A DNA stretch of 64,000 nucleotides from an uncultured Clostridia bacterium (GTDB taxonomy: Bacteria > Bacillota > Clostridia > Christensenellales > UBA1242), in NCBI GenBank assembly GCA_945921465.1, contig CAMEKS010000002.1, positions 189 through 64,188 of the forward strand. The letters are read 5' to 3'. This document shows, piece by piece, positions 47,171-56,183 of this stretch (the first letter of the stretch is position 1; the number at the start of each line of letters is the position of its first letter). The notes under the pieces were generated by a model that was not told the origin of the DNA, ran no database searches, and worked only from the letters and a program-made list of their open reading frames with translations. The translations under genes were made by a program, and so were the position numbers.

Positions 47171-48478
47171 ATGGTAGACATAGTAGAAGTAAAAAGCAAG
47201 AAACAACAGAAGTTGTTTGTAAATTTTCAATTAGAGTTGTATAAGGATTGTCCATATTTTGTCCCACCAATGATTGCAGACGAGTTGGCAATTTTTAACA
47301 AAAAGAAAAATGCTAATTATGAAAATTGCGAAGCAGTATTCTATCTTGCGTACAAGGATAATGTACTTGCAGGCAGAGTAGCAGCCATATTGCAACACGC
47401 CTATAATGATAAGACTGGCAAGAAGATTGTTAGATTTTCTCGTATAGATTTTATTGATGATTTTGAGGTATCAAAGGCTTTGATAGCGGCTGTAGAGAAT
47501 TGGGCAAAATCAAAAGGGATGACACATGTACATGGTCCTCTTGGATTTAATGATTTGGAGAGAGAGGGTCTGCTTATCGATGGTTTTGACCAGATGTCAT
47601 GTTTTGAGGAAAACTATTATTATAGTTATTACAAAGACCATTTTGACAAATTGGGCTATATTAAAGATGTTGATTGGATTGAATATAAAATCTATGTCCC
47701 TGATCATATTGATGAGCGAACAACTCGCTTAGTTAATAAAATATCTGAAAAGTATGGGTTTAGAGAGGTTAAGATTAAAAGTTTAAGATCTATTGTTAAA
47801 AAATACAAAGATCAAATTTTTGACTTACTTAACAGATGTTATGACAAACTATATGGTGTGGTGCCTATTAATAAGAGGTTAGAGGAACAATTTGCTTCAC
47901 AATTTATTATGGCGATTAATCCTAGATACTTGTGCCTTGTTATTAATAAGGAAGATAAATTAATAGGTTTTGGGCTTGCATTTCCTAGTTTGGCGGAAGC
48001 AATGCGAAAATCTAAAGGAAAGATTATTACTCCACACATTTTCAAATTACTTCACGACCTAAAACATCCCAAAGTTGTAGACCTAGCACTATTTGCTGTA
48101 GATGAAGAATATCGTACTAAGGGTGTTACAGCGTTTATCTTTAACAAAATTCTTAATAATTTTATTGAAGATAAAGTAGTTTATCTAGAGTCATTGCTGC
48201 AACTAGAAGATAATATAGCAATTCAAAATCAATTTGATGATTTTAAGAGAGAATTTCATAAACGTAGAAGATGCTATATCAAAGATTTGACTGCATCAAA
48301 CAAACCTGCTAAGAAACCTACTACAAAGAGTAAAACAAGCAAGAAATCAATAAAGTCTTCAAATGCTAAGAAAACTACAAAAAAATCAGTAGATAAGCCT
48401 GTAAAATCGACTAAAACTACAAACGCATATACTCGTAAATCTACCCCAAAAACAACCAAATCTGATTCAAAGAAATAA
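47171..48478 (+). CDS. GNAT-fold acyltransferase-like protein with a Lys/Thr/Ser-rich C-terminal tail
   Basis: Pattern ...AGRVAAIL...RFSRIDFIDD...KGMTHVHGPLGFNDLEREGLLIDGF... and a second acyl-CoA N-acyltransferase-like half (FAVDEEYRTKGV). About 65-aa basic tail. Confidence 0.45.
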   Translation: MVDIVEVKSKKQQKLFVNFQLELYKDCPYFVPPMIADELAIFNKKKNANYENCEAVFYLAYKDNVLAGRVAAILQHAYNDKTGKKIVRFSRIDFIDDFEVSKALIAAVENWAKSKGMTHVHGPLGFNDLEREGLLIDGFDQMSCFEENYYYSYYKDHFDKLGYIKDVDWIEYKIYVPDHIDERTTRLVNKISEKYGFREVKIKSLRSIVKKYKDQIFDLLNRCYDKLYGVVPINKRLEEQFASQFIMAINPRYLCLVINKEDKLIGFGLAFPSLAEAMRKSKGKIITPHIFKLLHDLKHPKVVDLALFAVDEEYRTKGVTAFIFNKILNNFIEDKVVYLESLLQLEDNIAIQNQFDDFKREFHKRRRCYIKDLTASNKPAKKPTTKSKTSKKSIKSSNAKKTTKKSVDKPVKSTKTTNAYTRKSTPKTTKSDSKK

Positions 48479-48526
48479 TTGAGTTGATTATATATTTGTA
48501 TAGTGATATAGACTATGCTAAATCTA

Positions 48527-48558
48527 AGAGAGTATGAAGTATCATACTCTCTATTTTG
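48527..48558 (+). terminator. rho-independent terminator
   Basis: AGAGAGTATGA-AGTA-TCATACTCTCT followed by ATTTTGT. Confidence 0.75.
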
Positions 48559-48711
48559 TACTAATTAATCATTACATAATTAAGTGTTCCTAGTAAATGC
48601 AAGCGACAATTGCGGGTTCGTTTGTCTTTTACTTCCGATAACACTAATTATATAGACATATCTAATAATTTACTTGCATCTGCACATTCTATTACTACAG
48701 AGGTTACATAT

Positions 48712-49920
48712 ATGGCAAGTTGTAAAAGTGTTAGAATTTGGCTATTTGTAGTGTTATCGATTTTGATAACAACTTTTTTATTGGCTCTTCCATTTGATAT
48801 TTTATTATTGCCTAATGTAGTAACTTTGACCGATCAGGAATTTCAGCATCTAGTAAAGTCTGGTAATTTTTGTTTTGACCCAGAATATACTGTTTGTTAT
48901 ACTGATTCTGAGGAGCAAGAAGTAACAGAATATGCCGTAAAGTATAAACTTTTTGATATATTTACAATAAAAAAATTAAAGGTTAACGTAGTCAATAATC
49001 GAGTATTTGTAGGCGGTAAATCTTTGGGATTTAGTGTCAATACTAATGGAGTAATTGTTGTTGGAAGTAATTATATTATTACAAATTATGGCAAAGTTAA
49101 TCCAATTGCATTTAGCGATATCAAAGTGGGTGATATAATTGTAGAGTTATCTGGTCGCAAAATTCTTTCAATTAGTGATATTATGGATATTTTATCCGAT
49201 TATACTATTGACGAACCACTGGAAGTAAAATATATTAGAGATGGTAGGGAGGGTATAACATATATTACGCCTGCTTTTGACGCACAGACCCTAAGTTACA
49301 AACTGGGCTTGTGGCTAAAAGAAGATGCAATGGGCGTAGGGACTCTGACCTATGTGGATTCTGACTCAAAATTTGGCGCATTAGGACATGCAATTAGCCT
49401 GGACTCGTCTGGTACGCCTCTAGACATTTCGGGTGGTAAAATATATGACTCTAAAGTAATTGGTGTAAAAATTGGTTCTCAGGGACATGCGGGGCAATTG
49501 CTAGGTTATTTCAATCCCACAGATACCCAAGTAGGAGAAATTAATGCAAACACTTGCAATGGAGTGTTTGGAGAGGTAGATAACCTATTAGAATATGCAA
49601 GTGATATGCAAGAAATAGTAATAGGTGGTAGAGCAACGGTTAGGCCAGGTAACGCAAAAATATTGTCCTGTATTGATGGGAAAACCGTCAAAGCATATGA
49701 CATAGAAATAATCAAAACTAATTATCAATCTAGATCTAATGACAAAAGTATGGTAATTAGGGTGACTGACGAAGATTTGCTTAATAGAACTGGTGGAATT
49801 GTGCAAGGGATGAGCGGCAGTCCTATTATACAAGATGGCAAATTAGTAGGTGCGGTTACTCATGTATTTGTTAATGATGCATCCAAAGGGTTTGGGTTAT
49901 ATATAGATTGGATGCTATAA
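48712..49920 (+). CDS. spoIVB: SpoIVB peptidase (S55 family, PDZ domain)
   Basis: TM anchor, PDZ segment (GDIIVELSGRKI) and S55 catalytic region (GTLTYVD...FGALGHAI...GMSGSPII). GAGG RBS 9 nt before the ATG at 48712. Confidence 0.9.
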   Translation: MASCKSVRIWLFVVLSILITTFLLALPFDILLLPNVVTLTDQEFQHLVKSGNFCFDPEYTVCYTDSEEQEVTEYAVKYKLFDIFTIKKLKVNVVNNRVFVGGKSLGFSVNTNGVIVVGSNYIITNYGKVNPIAFSDIKVGDIIVELSGRKILSISDIMDILSDYTIDEPLEVKYIRDGREGITYITPAFDAQTLSYKLGLWLKEDAMGVGTLTYVDSDSKFGALGHAISLDSSGTPLDISGGKIYDSKVIGVKIGSQGHAGQLLGYFNPTDTQVGEINANTCNGVFGEVDNLLEYASDMQEIVIGGRATVRPGNAKILSCIDGKTVKAYDIEIIKTNYQSRSNDKSMVIRVTDEDLLNRTGGIVQGMSGSPIIQDGKLVGAVTHVFVNDASKGFGLYIDWML

Positions 49921-49961
49921 TATATTAATTCTACATTTTTGAAAATAAATCAAAAAATATG

Positions 49962-49990
49962 TTGACAATGGCGGCTGCAAGTGTTAATAT
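49962..49990 (+). promoter_or_regulatory. sigma-A type promoter of the infC-rpmI-rplT operon
   Basis: TTGACA at 49962-49967, a 17-nt spacer, then extended -10 TGtTAATAT ending at 49990. Confidence 0.6.
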
Positions 49991-50123
49991 CTATATGTTT
50001 GAAAAAGTAGAAGTTCACTTCTCACCCTGCAGAGCCCCTTGGCATCTAGTAGTGGTTTATTAAAAAACATTCTTTTGGTTTTTTTAATAAAATGAGTAAG
50101 TGGGCTATTAAGTCCACTTTTTT
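49991..50123 (+). promoter_or_regulatory. infC operon leader with intrinsic attenuator (L20-leader-like)
   Basis: Leader of about 130 nt ending in AGTGGGCT-ATTA-AGTCCACT followed by a T-run at 50099-50123, just before the infC RBS. Firmicute infC-rpmI-rplT operons are attenuated by L20. Confidence 0.5.
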
Positions 50124-50147
50124 AATTTGTATTGGAGGTACACGGTT

Positions 50148-50663
50148 ATTAAAAATTTACTTATTAATGAGCAAATTAATGCTAAGACGGTTAGACTGAT
50201 TGGGTCTGACGGTTCGCAATTGGGGGTCGTAAGCATAGAGGAGGCCCTTCACCAAGCGGAAATGGACGAATTAGACTTAGTACTTATTTCGCCAGATGCA
50301 AATCCACCTGTTTGTCGTGTTATGGACTATGGTAAGCATAAGTTCGATATGATGAAAAAGGAAAAGGAAGCAAAGAAAAAACAAAAAGTCGCTGAAGTAA
50401 AAGGTATGCAGTTGAGTATGAATATTGCAGATAATGACCTTGCGTTTAAGGCTAAGAATGTAAGGAAATTTTTAGAAGCAGGCGACAAAGTAAAGGTTAG
50501 TCTAAGGATGTTCGGTAGACAATTGGCAAATCCTCAAATGGGAATGCCAATTATGGAGAAGTTCTATGAAATGTTGCAAGACGTATGTATTATGACCAAC
50601 AAACCAGAAATTAATGGTAGACAAATTATAATGATACTGGCACCTATTAATACTAAGAAATAA
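50148..50663 (+). CDS. infC: translation initiation factor IF-3 (probable AUU start)
   Basis: IKNLLINEQINAKTVRLIGSDGSQLGV N-terminus. GGAGG at 50134-50138 lies 9 nt before the ATT at 50148. The TTG at 50127 overlaps the terminator and has no RBS. Confidence 0.85.
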   Translation: MKNLLINEQINAKTVRLIGSDGSQLGVVSIEEALHQAEMDELDLVLISPDANPPVCRVMDYGKHKFDMMKKEKEAKKKQKVAEVKGMQLSMNIADNDLAFKAKNVRKFLEAGDKVKVSLRMFGRQLANPQMGMPIMEKFYEMLQDVCIMTNKPEINGRQIIMILAPINTKK

Positions 50664-50705
50664 TTTTTCAATTAATTAAATTTACTTAAAAAGGAGAAAA
50701 AAAGA

Positions 50706-50900
50706 ATGCCTAAGCAAAAAACACATTCAGGCGCTAAAAAGAGATTTACTCTTAAGAAGTCTGGAGTAATCAAGAGAAACAAACAGAACAGGAGACACAT
50801 CTTGACAAAGAAGTCTCAAGACAGAAAACGAGGACTTAGAAAGGCAACTTATGTATCTAAGGCTGACTCTAAGAACGTAAAAGGACTATTAGTTGGTTAA
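50706..50900 (+). CDS. rpmI: 50S ribosomal protein L35
   Basis: [14 protein letters not shown] signature, 64 aa. Confidence 0.95.
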   Translation: MPKQKTHSGAKKRFTLKKSGVIKRNKQNRRHILTKKSQDRKRGLRKATYVSKADSKNVKGLLVG

Positions 50901-50933
50901 AAAATTAACCAAGTAAAAGAGGAGGAATAGATA

Positions 50934-51293
50934 ATGAGAATTAAAAGAGCTGTTAATGCATTAAAGAAGAGAAGAAAAGTATTAAAATCTGCCAAAGGTT
51001 ATTGGGGCGCTCGTAGCAAATTATACAGAGTTGCTAATCAAGCAGTTATGAAGAGTGGTCAATATGCTTATACTGGCCGTAGATTGAAGAAAAGAGACTT
51101 CCGTCAATTATGGATTGCCAGAATTAATGCTGGTTGCAGAATGAATGATATGTCTTATAGTCAATTTATGCATGGTCTAAAGATTGCTAATATTAATCTT
51201 AACCGTAAGGTTTTAGCTGATTTGGCCGCTACTGACGAGAAGGCTTTTGCAGAGTTAGTAGCTACTGCTAAGGCTGCATTGAAGAATGCGTAA
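50934..51293 (+). CDS. rplT: 50S ribosomal protein L20
   Basis: [18 protein letters not shown]...[19 protein letters not shown] signature. Confidence 0.95.
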   Translation: MRIKRAVNALKKRRKVLKSAKGYWGARSKLYRVANQAVMKSGQYAYTGRRLKKRDFRQLWIARINAGCRMNDMSYSQFMHGLKIANINLNRKVLADLAATDEKAFAELVATAKAALKNA

Positions 51294-51309
51294 GTAACAA
51301 GCAACAATG

Positions 51310-51341
51310 ACAACATATAATTTGTTATATGTTGTTTTTTG
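51310..51341 (+). terminator. rho-independent terminator after rplT
   Basis: ACAACATATAA-TTTG-TTATATGTTGT followed by T6. Confidence 0.8.
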
Positions 51342-51519
51342 TATTAATTATAGCAATATATTTGTTCAATAATAGTTATCTAAAGATGTTTGAGAAATAT
51401 AATTTATTATACAAGTAAGTGTTTTATTTGGATAAGTACATCATATATTAATTATTGCAGTTAATTATTCGCATTCAACAATATGTCATAATCTAGATAA
51501 TCTATCCTAAGGAGTATAA

Positions 51520-52272
51520 ATGTTAGAAAGTAAGGATAATAAGTTAATCAAACTTGCTAAAGCAGTCCAGACTAGAAAATATTCAGAACAAGAGAAGTTG
51601 GCTTTTGTCGAGAGCCCTAAGATTATAAATGAATTAATTAATTGCGGATTTGTAATTAAGTATCTATTTGTTACTAATGAAGCGAGAGAGAAATACAGTA
51701 ACATCTGTGATAGAGTATCTAATGTCAATTGTATTAGTAATTTCCTTGCTAAAAATATTAAGGATACTGAGACATCCACTAATATTTTTGCCCTTGTGGA
51801 TATATCCAATATGCCCAAAACAATTGGTGCTGCCAACGATAAATGGCTGATACTTGATAATATACAAGATCCTAATAATATGGGTGCTATTATAAGATCG
51901 GCGGTTGCTTTTGGCTATACTAATATAATTAATATTGATAGTACATATATTTATTCACCCAAAGTTACTAGATGTAGTATGGGTTATAATTATAAAGTTA
52001 ATATTAAATCTATGGACTATAATTCTACAATTGCATGGGCAAAATCAAATAACATAGAATTAATAACTTGTGATATGAATGGAAAGAATATAAAAAATAG
52101 TAGACCTACTAGTAATAAATTTGCTATAATTATAGGTAATGAGGGCAATGGTGTGTCTAATTGTCTTCGAGAAGCTGCTGATAATTGTGTAAGTATACCT
52201 ATGCTTAATGGTGTAGAGAGCCTTAATGCAAGTGTATCGGCTAGTATAGTAATGTTTAATTTGGTTAAATAA
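51520..52272 (+). CDS. TrmH/SpoU family RNA 2'-O-methyltransferase
   Basis: SpoU motifs DPNNMGAIIRSAVAFG, IIIGNEGNGVS and IPMLNGVESLNASVSASI. Confidence 0.85.
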   Translation: MLESKDNKLIKLAKAVQTRKYSEQEKLAFVESPKIINELINCGFVIKYLFVTNEAREKYSNICDRVSNVNCISNFLAKNIKDTETSTNIFALVDISNMPKTIGAANDKWLILDNIQDPNNMGAIIRSAVAFGYTNIINIDSTYIYSPKVTRCSMGYNYKVNIKSMDYNSTIAWAKSNNIELITCDMNGKNIKNSRPTSNKFAIIIGNEGNGVSNCLREAADNCVSIPMLNGVESLNASVSASIVMFNLVK

Positions 52273-52293
52273 AAAAGGAAGTGAAATAATAAA

Positions 52294-53037
52294 ATGTCAG
52301 GTCATAATAAATGGAGCACCATTAAGCACACCAAGGCTAAAAATGATGCTGCTAATGCAAAGGTATTTACTAAGATTGGTAGGGAAATAATTGTTGCCGT
52401 TAAATTGGGCGGTGGAGATCCTAACTCAAACCCAAGATTAAAAAATTTGATTCAAAAAGCAAAGGCTGCTAATATGCCAGGTGAAAATATCACAAGGGTT
52501 ATTAAGAAAGCCTCTGGCGAATTGGGTGCAGTTAACTATGAGGCTATTACATACGAGGGTTATGGCCCAGCTGGCAGTGCAATAATTGTTAGATGTCTAA
52601 CTGATAATAAGAATAGAACTGCATCAGATGTTCGTCATTATTTTGATAAATTTGGTGGAAGTTTAGGTTCTACTGGTTGTGTATCTTATTTGTTTACTAA
52701 GAAAGGTGTAATCATTGTTGCCAAGGGTAAAGGTATAACTGATGACGATATGATGATGTTTGCTCTTGATGCAGGTGCTGATGATGTAGAGATTATGGAT
52801 GATTGTTTCCAGATTTACACAGCACCCGAATCGCTTGACCAGGTCAAAGATAGTTTGGTTGGCAACGGAATAGAAATTGAGCAAGCAGAAGTGGATATGA
52901 TTCCTTCTAATTATGTTTCAATACCAGAAGATAAAATTGGTAGTTTTGGTAAATTGATAGAAGCATTAGAAGATAATGATGATGTACAAGAAGTATTCCA
53001 TAATGTTGACAATTATAATTCTGATGAAGAAGAATAA
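52294..53037 (+). CDS. YebC/PmpR family DNA-binding regulatory protein
   Basis: MSGHNKWSTIKHTKAKNDAANAK signature. Full-length at 247 aa. Confidence 0.92.
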   Translation: MSGHNKWSTIKHTKAKNDAANAKVFTKIGREIIVAVKLGGGDPNSNPRLKNLIQKAKAANMPGENITRVIKKASGELGAVNYEAITYEGYGPAGSAIIVRCLTDNKNRTASDVRHYFDKFGGSLGSTGCVSYLFTKKGVIIVAKGKGITDDDMMMFALDAGADDVEIMDDCFQIYTAPESLDQVKDSLVGNGIEIEQAEVDMIPSNYVSIPEDKIGSFGKLIEALEDNDDVQEVFHNVDNYNSDEEE

Positions 53038-53176
53038 TATTGATAGACTGAGACGGATATACGAATATAGTAAATCAGAACTATCTTATGCTAATTCAAT
53101 ATATTGATTTAGTTTTATTTATAAATATCAAAGATTATAAAAATATTATCAAAATTTAATTAAATTGGAATTATTG

Positions 53177-53202
53177 AAGGCAAATTATTATTTGCCTTTT
53201 TC
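53177..53202 (+). terminator. rho-independent terminator after the yebC-like gene
   Basis: AAGGCAAAT-TATT-ATTTGCCTT followed by a T-run. Confidence 0.7.
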
Positions 53203-53223
53203 CAAATATGAGGAGAGCGAATA

Positions 53224-54456
53224 ATGAAAAATAATTGTGTTCCTATTACTTTGGTAACGGGGTATCTCGGAAGTGGTAAAACTACTTTGCTTAATAACAT
53301 ATTGAAGAATAAAAAAGGATATAAAATTGCTGTCATAGTTAATGATATTGGAGAAATTAATATCGATGCTACGCTAATTGAAAAAGGCGGTGTTGTTAAT
53401 AAAAAGGAAGAAAGTCTAGTAGCACTACAAAATGGTTGTATATGCTGTACTTTGAAAAAAGACTTAATAGAACAAATTGCAGAAATTATTAAACAACAGA
53501 AATTTGACCATATTGTAATTGAGGCAAGCGGAATATGTGAGCCTATTCCTATCGCTCAAACATTAGAATTCTTGCACGATAATTTGCTACAATTATTTCA
53601 TAGAGAAGTATGTAAGTTAGATGCAGTTGTGTCCGTGGTAGATGCGATTAGAATGGTCAAGGAATTTGGCTGTGGTGATGAATTAACCAAAGAAGATATT
53701 GACGAAGAAGATATAGAGAATTTAGTTATTCAGCAAATTGAATTTTGTGACATCTTAGTATTAAATAAAGTAAGTGATGTATCAGAAGAAGAATTAAATA
53801 AGTTAAAAGCAGTAATTAGAAAATTACAGCCTACAGCCAAGATAATTGAATGTGATTACAGCAATGTCGATATTGATCAAATATTGGATACTAATAGTTT
53901 TGATTTTGAAAAAGCATTAACTTCTGCTGGGTGGATACAAGAGTTAGAAAAAGATATTGACGAAGAAGATGAACATCATATACATCACGACGAAGAAGAT
54001 GATGAGCATGATCATCATGAACATCATCAAGACGAAGATCATAGTCATCATCATCACGAACATCATCATGATCACGAGGGTGGAGAGGTTGAAGAATATG
54101 GAATAGGAACATATGTATATTACAGACGCAAGCCATTCGATAGATTGGCATTTGATGATTTTTGTGCCAAAAATTTTGGTAGAATGATAATAAGGACAAA
54201 AGGTATAGTATACTTTACTGATGATACTGATATGTCATATTTGTATGAGCAAGCAGGAACATCAAAAAGTTTGTCTGAGAATGGACCTTGGTACGCAGTA
54301 ATGCTAACTGAGGATGAACGTAATCAATTACTTGCCACTGACGAAACATTCCGCAAAGATTGGGATGAGGAATATGGCGACAGGATGATTAGATTGGTAT
54401 TTATTGGACAGAATCTTGACAAAGAATTAATCAAAAGAGAATTGGACAAAGCATAA
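53224..54456 (+). CDS. COG0523 (CobW/YjiA/ZigA-like) metallochaperone GTPase with a His-rich insert
   Basis: Walker A GYLGSGKTT, metal-binding NGCICCT, and an H/D/E-rich stretch of about 40 aa (HHIHHDEEDDEHDHHEHHQDEDHSHHHHEHHHDHE) before the C-domain. Confidence 0.88.
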   Translation: MKNNCVPITLVTGYLGSGKTTLLNNILKNKKGYKIAVIVNDIGEINIDATLIEKGGVVNKKEESLVALQNGCICCTLKKDLIEQIAEIIKQQKFDHIVIEASGICEPIPIAQTLEFLHDNLLQLFHREVCKLDAVVSVVDAIRMVKEFGCGDELTKEDIDEEDIENLVIQQIEFCDILVLNKVSDVSEEELNKLKAVIRKLQPTAKIIECDYSNVDIDQILDTNSFDFEKALTSAGWIQELEKDIDEEDEHHIHHDEEDDEHDHHEHHQDEDHSHHHHEHHHDHEGGEVEEYGIGTYVYYRRKPFDRLAFDDFCAKNFGRMIIRTKGIVYFTDDTDMSYLYEQAGTSKSLSENGPWYAVMLTEDERNQLLATDETFRKDWDEEYGDRMIRLVFIGQNLDKELIKRELDKA

Positions 54457-54463
54457 AAAATAA

Positions 54464-54513
54464 GGCAGTCTGACTAGTGTAGAATGATACATTAAATCAG
54501 ACTGTCTTTTTTT
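54464..54513 (+). terminator. rho-independent terminator
   Basis: GGCAGTCTGA ... TCAGACTGTC followed by T7. Confidence 0.75.
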
Positions 54514-54930
54514 AAGTATATTAAGGAATAAAATTACTATTATAATATAAGAAAGTATTTACAATTTTAACTCAAAAAAGAATTTGTAATAGTAATGCAT
54601 AAAATAAAACTAATTTATTAGTTATAATCAAATATACTAATAGCAGCAGACACCAATATATTTTTTAGTTTACTTATTTTAACATCGAATGTATTAATTT
54701 AATACTTAAGGGTACACTTGTCTTTAATAATATTGTTGATTAATTGTTAATAACTATCTGGTCATATAATTATATTGATGTGGTTGAATAAATATTAATT
54801 ATTGGCATCATCCCTCATATATGTGGTAATTATATACAAGTATATGACAATAACATATAATGATATGACAAATAATAAATAATTAGAATATTAGCAAAAT
54901 TGCAGCTATTTTATAATTTGCGATAGTTGA

Positions 54931-55971
54931 CTAATATTGTAGTAATTCTTTTGCTATAATTTTTGCACCGTTAAAATCTTTACAATTTTGCATATTTGTT
55001 TTGTATTTTGTTTTATTTTTCAAAGTTGCATTTATTGTTTTTAATAAAATTTCTGGAGTAGTTTTAGTCTGGTCTAGACTAATTGCATATCCTTTATTCT
55101 GAAATATTTCTGCATTAATTATCTGATCGCCTCTAGACTCTGATTTTGGTAGGGGGATTAATATCATAGGAGTTTTGGTTGCTAATATTTCGAATATTGT
55201 ATTACTGCCTGCGCGGCTAATTATTATGTCTGCTGTTTTGAAATAATCAGAAATATTTTCAACATATTCTAATTGAAAATAATTTTTGTATTTAACATCC
55301 TTTTTATTTCCTTTTCCAACCAAGTTTATAACATTGAAATCTGTCAATTTGGGCAGGGTTTCTATAATTAAATTGTTTAGTGCTTTAGCTCCAAGGCTTC
55401 CACCAGCAACAAGTATCGTTGGTTTACTTGAGTTTGGTAATATATTTATTTTAGAATAAGATGTTGTCAAAAATTCTGGTCTTACTGGAGACCCAGAAAA
55501 CTTTCCTTTTTTCTCATATCCATGCATTGCTTCTCGAAAACTGAAATACATTGTTTTACATTTTCGATAAATAATTTTATTTGCCAGTCCTATGCTAGAG
55601 TCGCTCTCGTGTGCAATTATAGGAATATGCAAACTTGATGCAGCTAATACTACTGGTACTGCGACAAATCCTCCCTTAGAGAATACAACATCTGGTTTTA
55701 ATTTTTTTAATATGTCTTTTGCTTGTTTTATTGCTTTTATTAATTTGAATGGAATTAACAAATTTTTCAAAGTTAACCTTCGAATTAATTTGACGGTATC
55801 TATTTCGTAATAATCTATATTTGATTGTTTTTTGATTATATTTTTTTCTATTCCATTGTGACTACCTATGTAACATATTTTATCAAAGTGTTTTTCTATA
55901 TCTGGAATTATAGCAATATTTGGCATAACATGTCCTGCTGTGCCTCCACCTGTTAATACTATTGTTTTCAT
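54931..55971 (-). CDS. murG: undecaprenyldiphospho-muramoylpentapeptide beta-N-acetylglucosaminyltransferase MurG
   Basis: MKTIVLTGGGTAGHVMPNIAI N-terminus and a GT28 C-domain (AGGSLGA, RAGSNTIFE). AAGGAG RBS before the ATG at 55971. Confidence 0.88.
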   Translation of the reverse strand: MKTIVLTGGGTAGHVMPNIAIIPDIEKHFDKICYIGSHNGIEKNIIKKQSNIDYYEIDTVKLIRRLTLKNLLIPFKLIKAIKQAKDILKKLKPDVVFSKGGFVAVPVVLAASSLHIPIIAHESDSSIGLANKIIYRKCKTMYFSFREAMHGYEKKGKFSGSPVRPEFLTTSYSKINILPNSSKPTILVAGGSLGAKALNNLIIETLPKLTDFNVINLVGKGNKKDVKYKNYFQLEYVENISDYFKTADIIISRAGSNTIFEILATKTPMILIPLPKSESRGDQIINAEIFQNKGYAISLDQTKTTPEILLKTINATLKNKTKYKTNMQNCKDFNGAKIIAKELLQY

Positions 55972-56183
55972 ATATTCTCCTTGCAATTTTTTAATAATTC
56001 TTGATAAATAAATTCATATATTTACATTCCTTTAATGATATTCTATGCATTAGTATTGTAATTATTACTATACATATTATTTTGCAAAATTTATCGCAAA
56101 TTGGGGTAAAATTGTTTTGGAAATATTGATTAATTTGATAAAATTTTATTTGGTTATATATTTTATTAAGAGGTGAAGGATTA

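Noticed and set aside
53100-53223. Zur or other metalloregulator operator upstream of the COG0523 gene
   Set aside because: No TCGTAAT-N-ATTACGA-like palindrome is present. The only palindrome (53179-53196) is followed by a T-run and is better explained as the yebC terminator.
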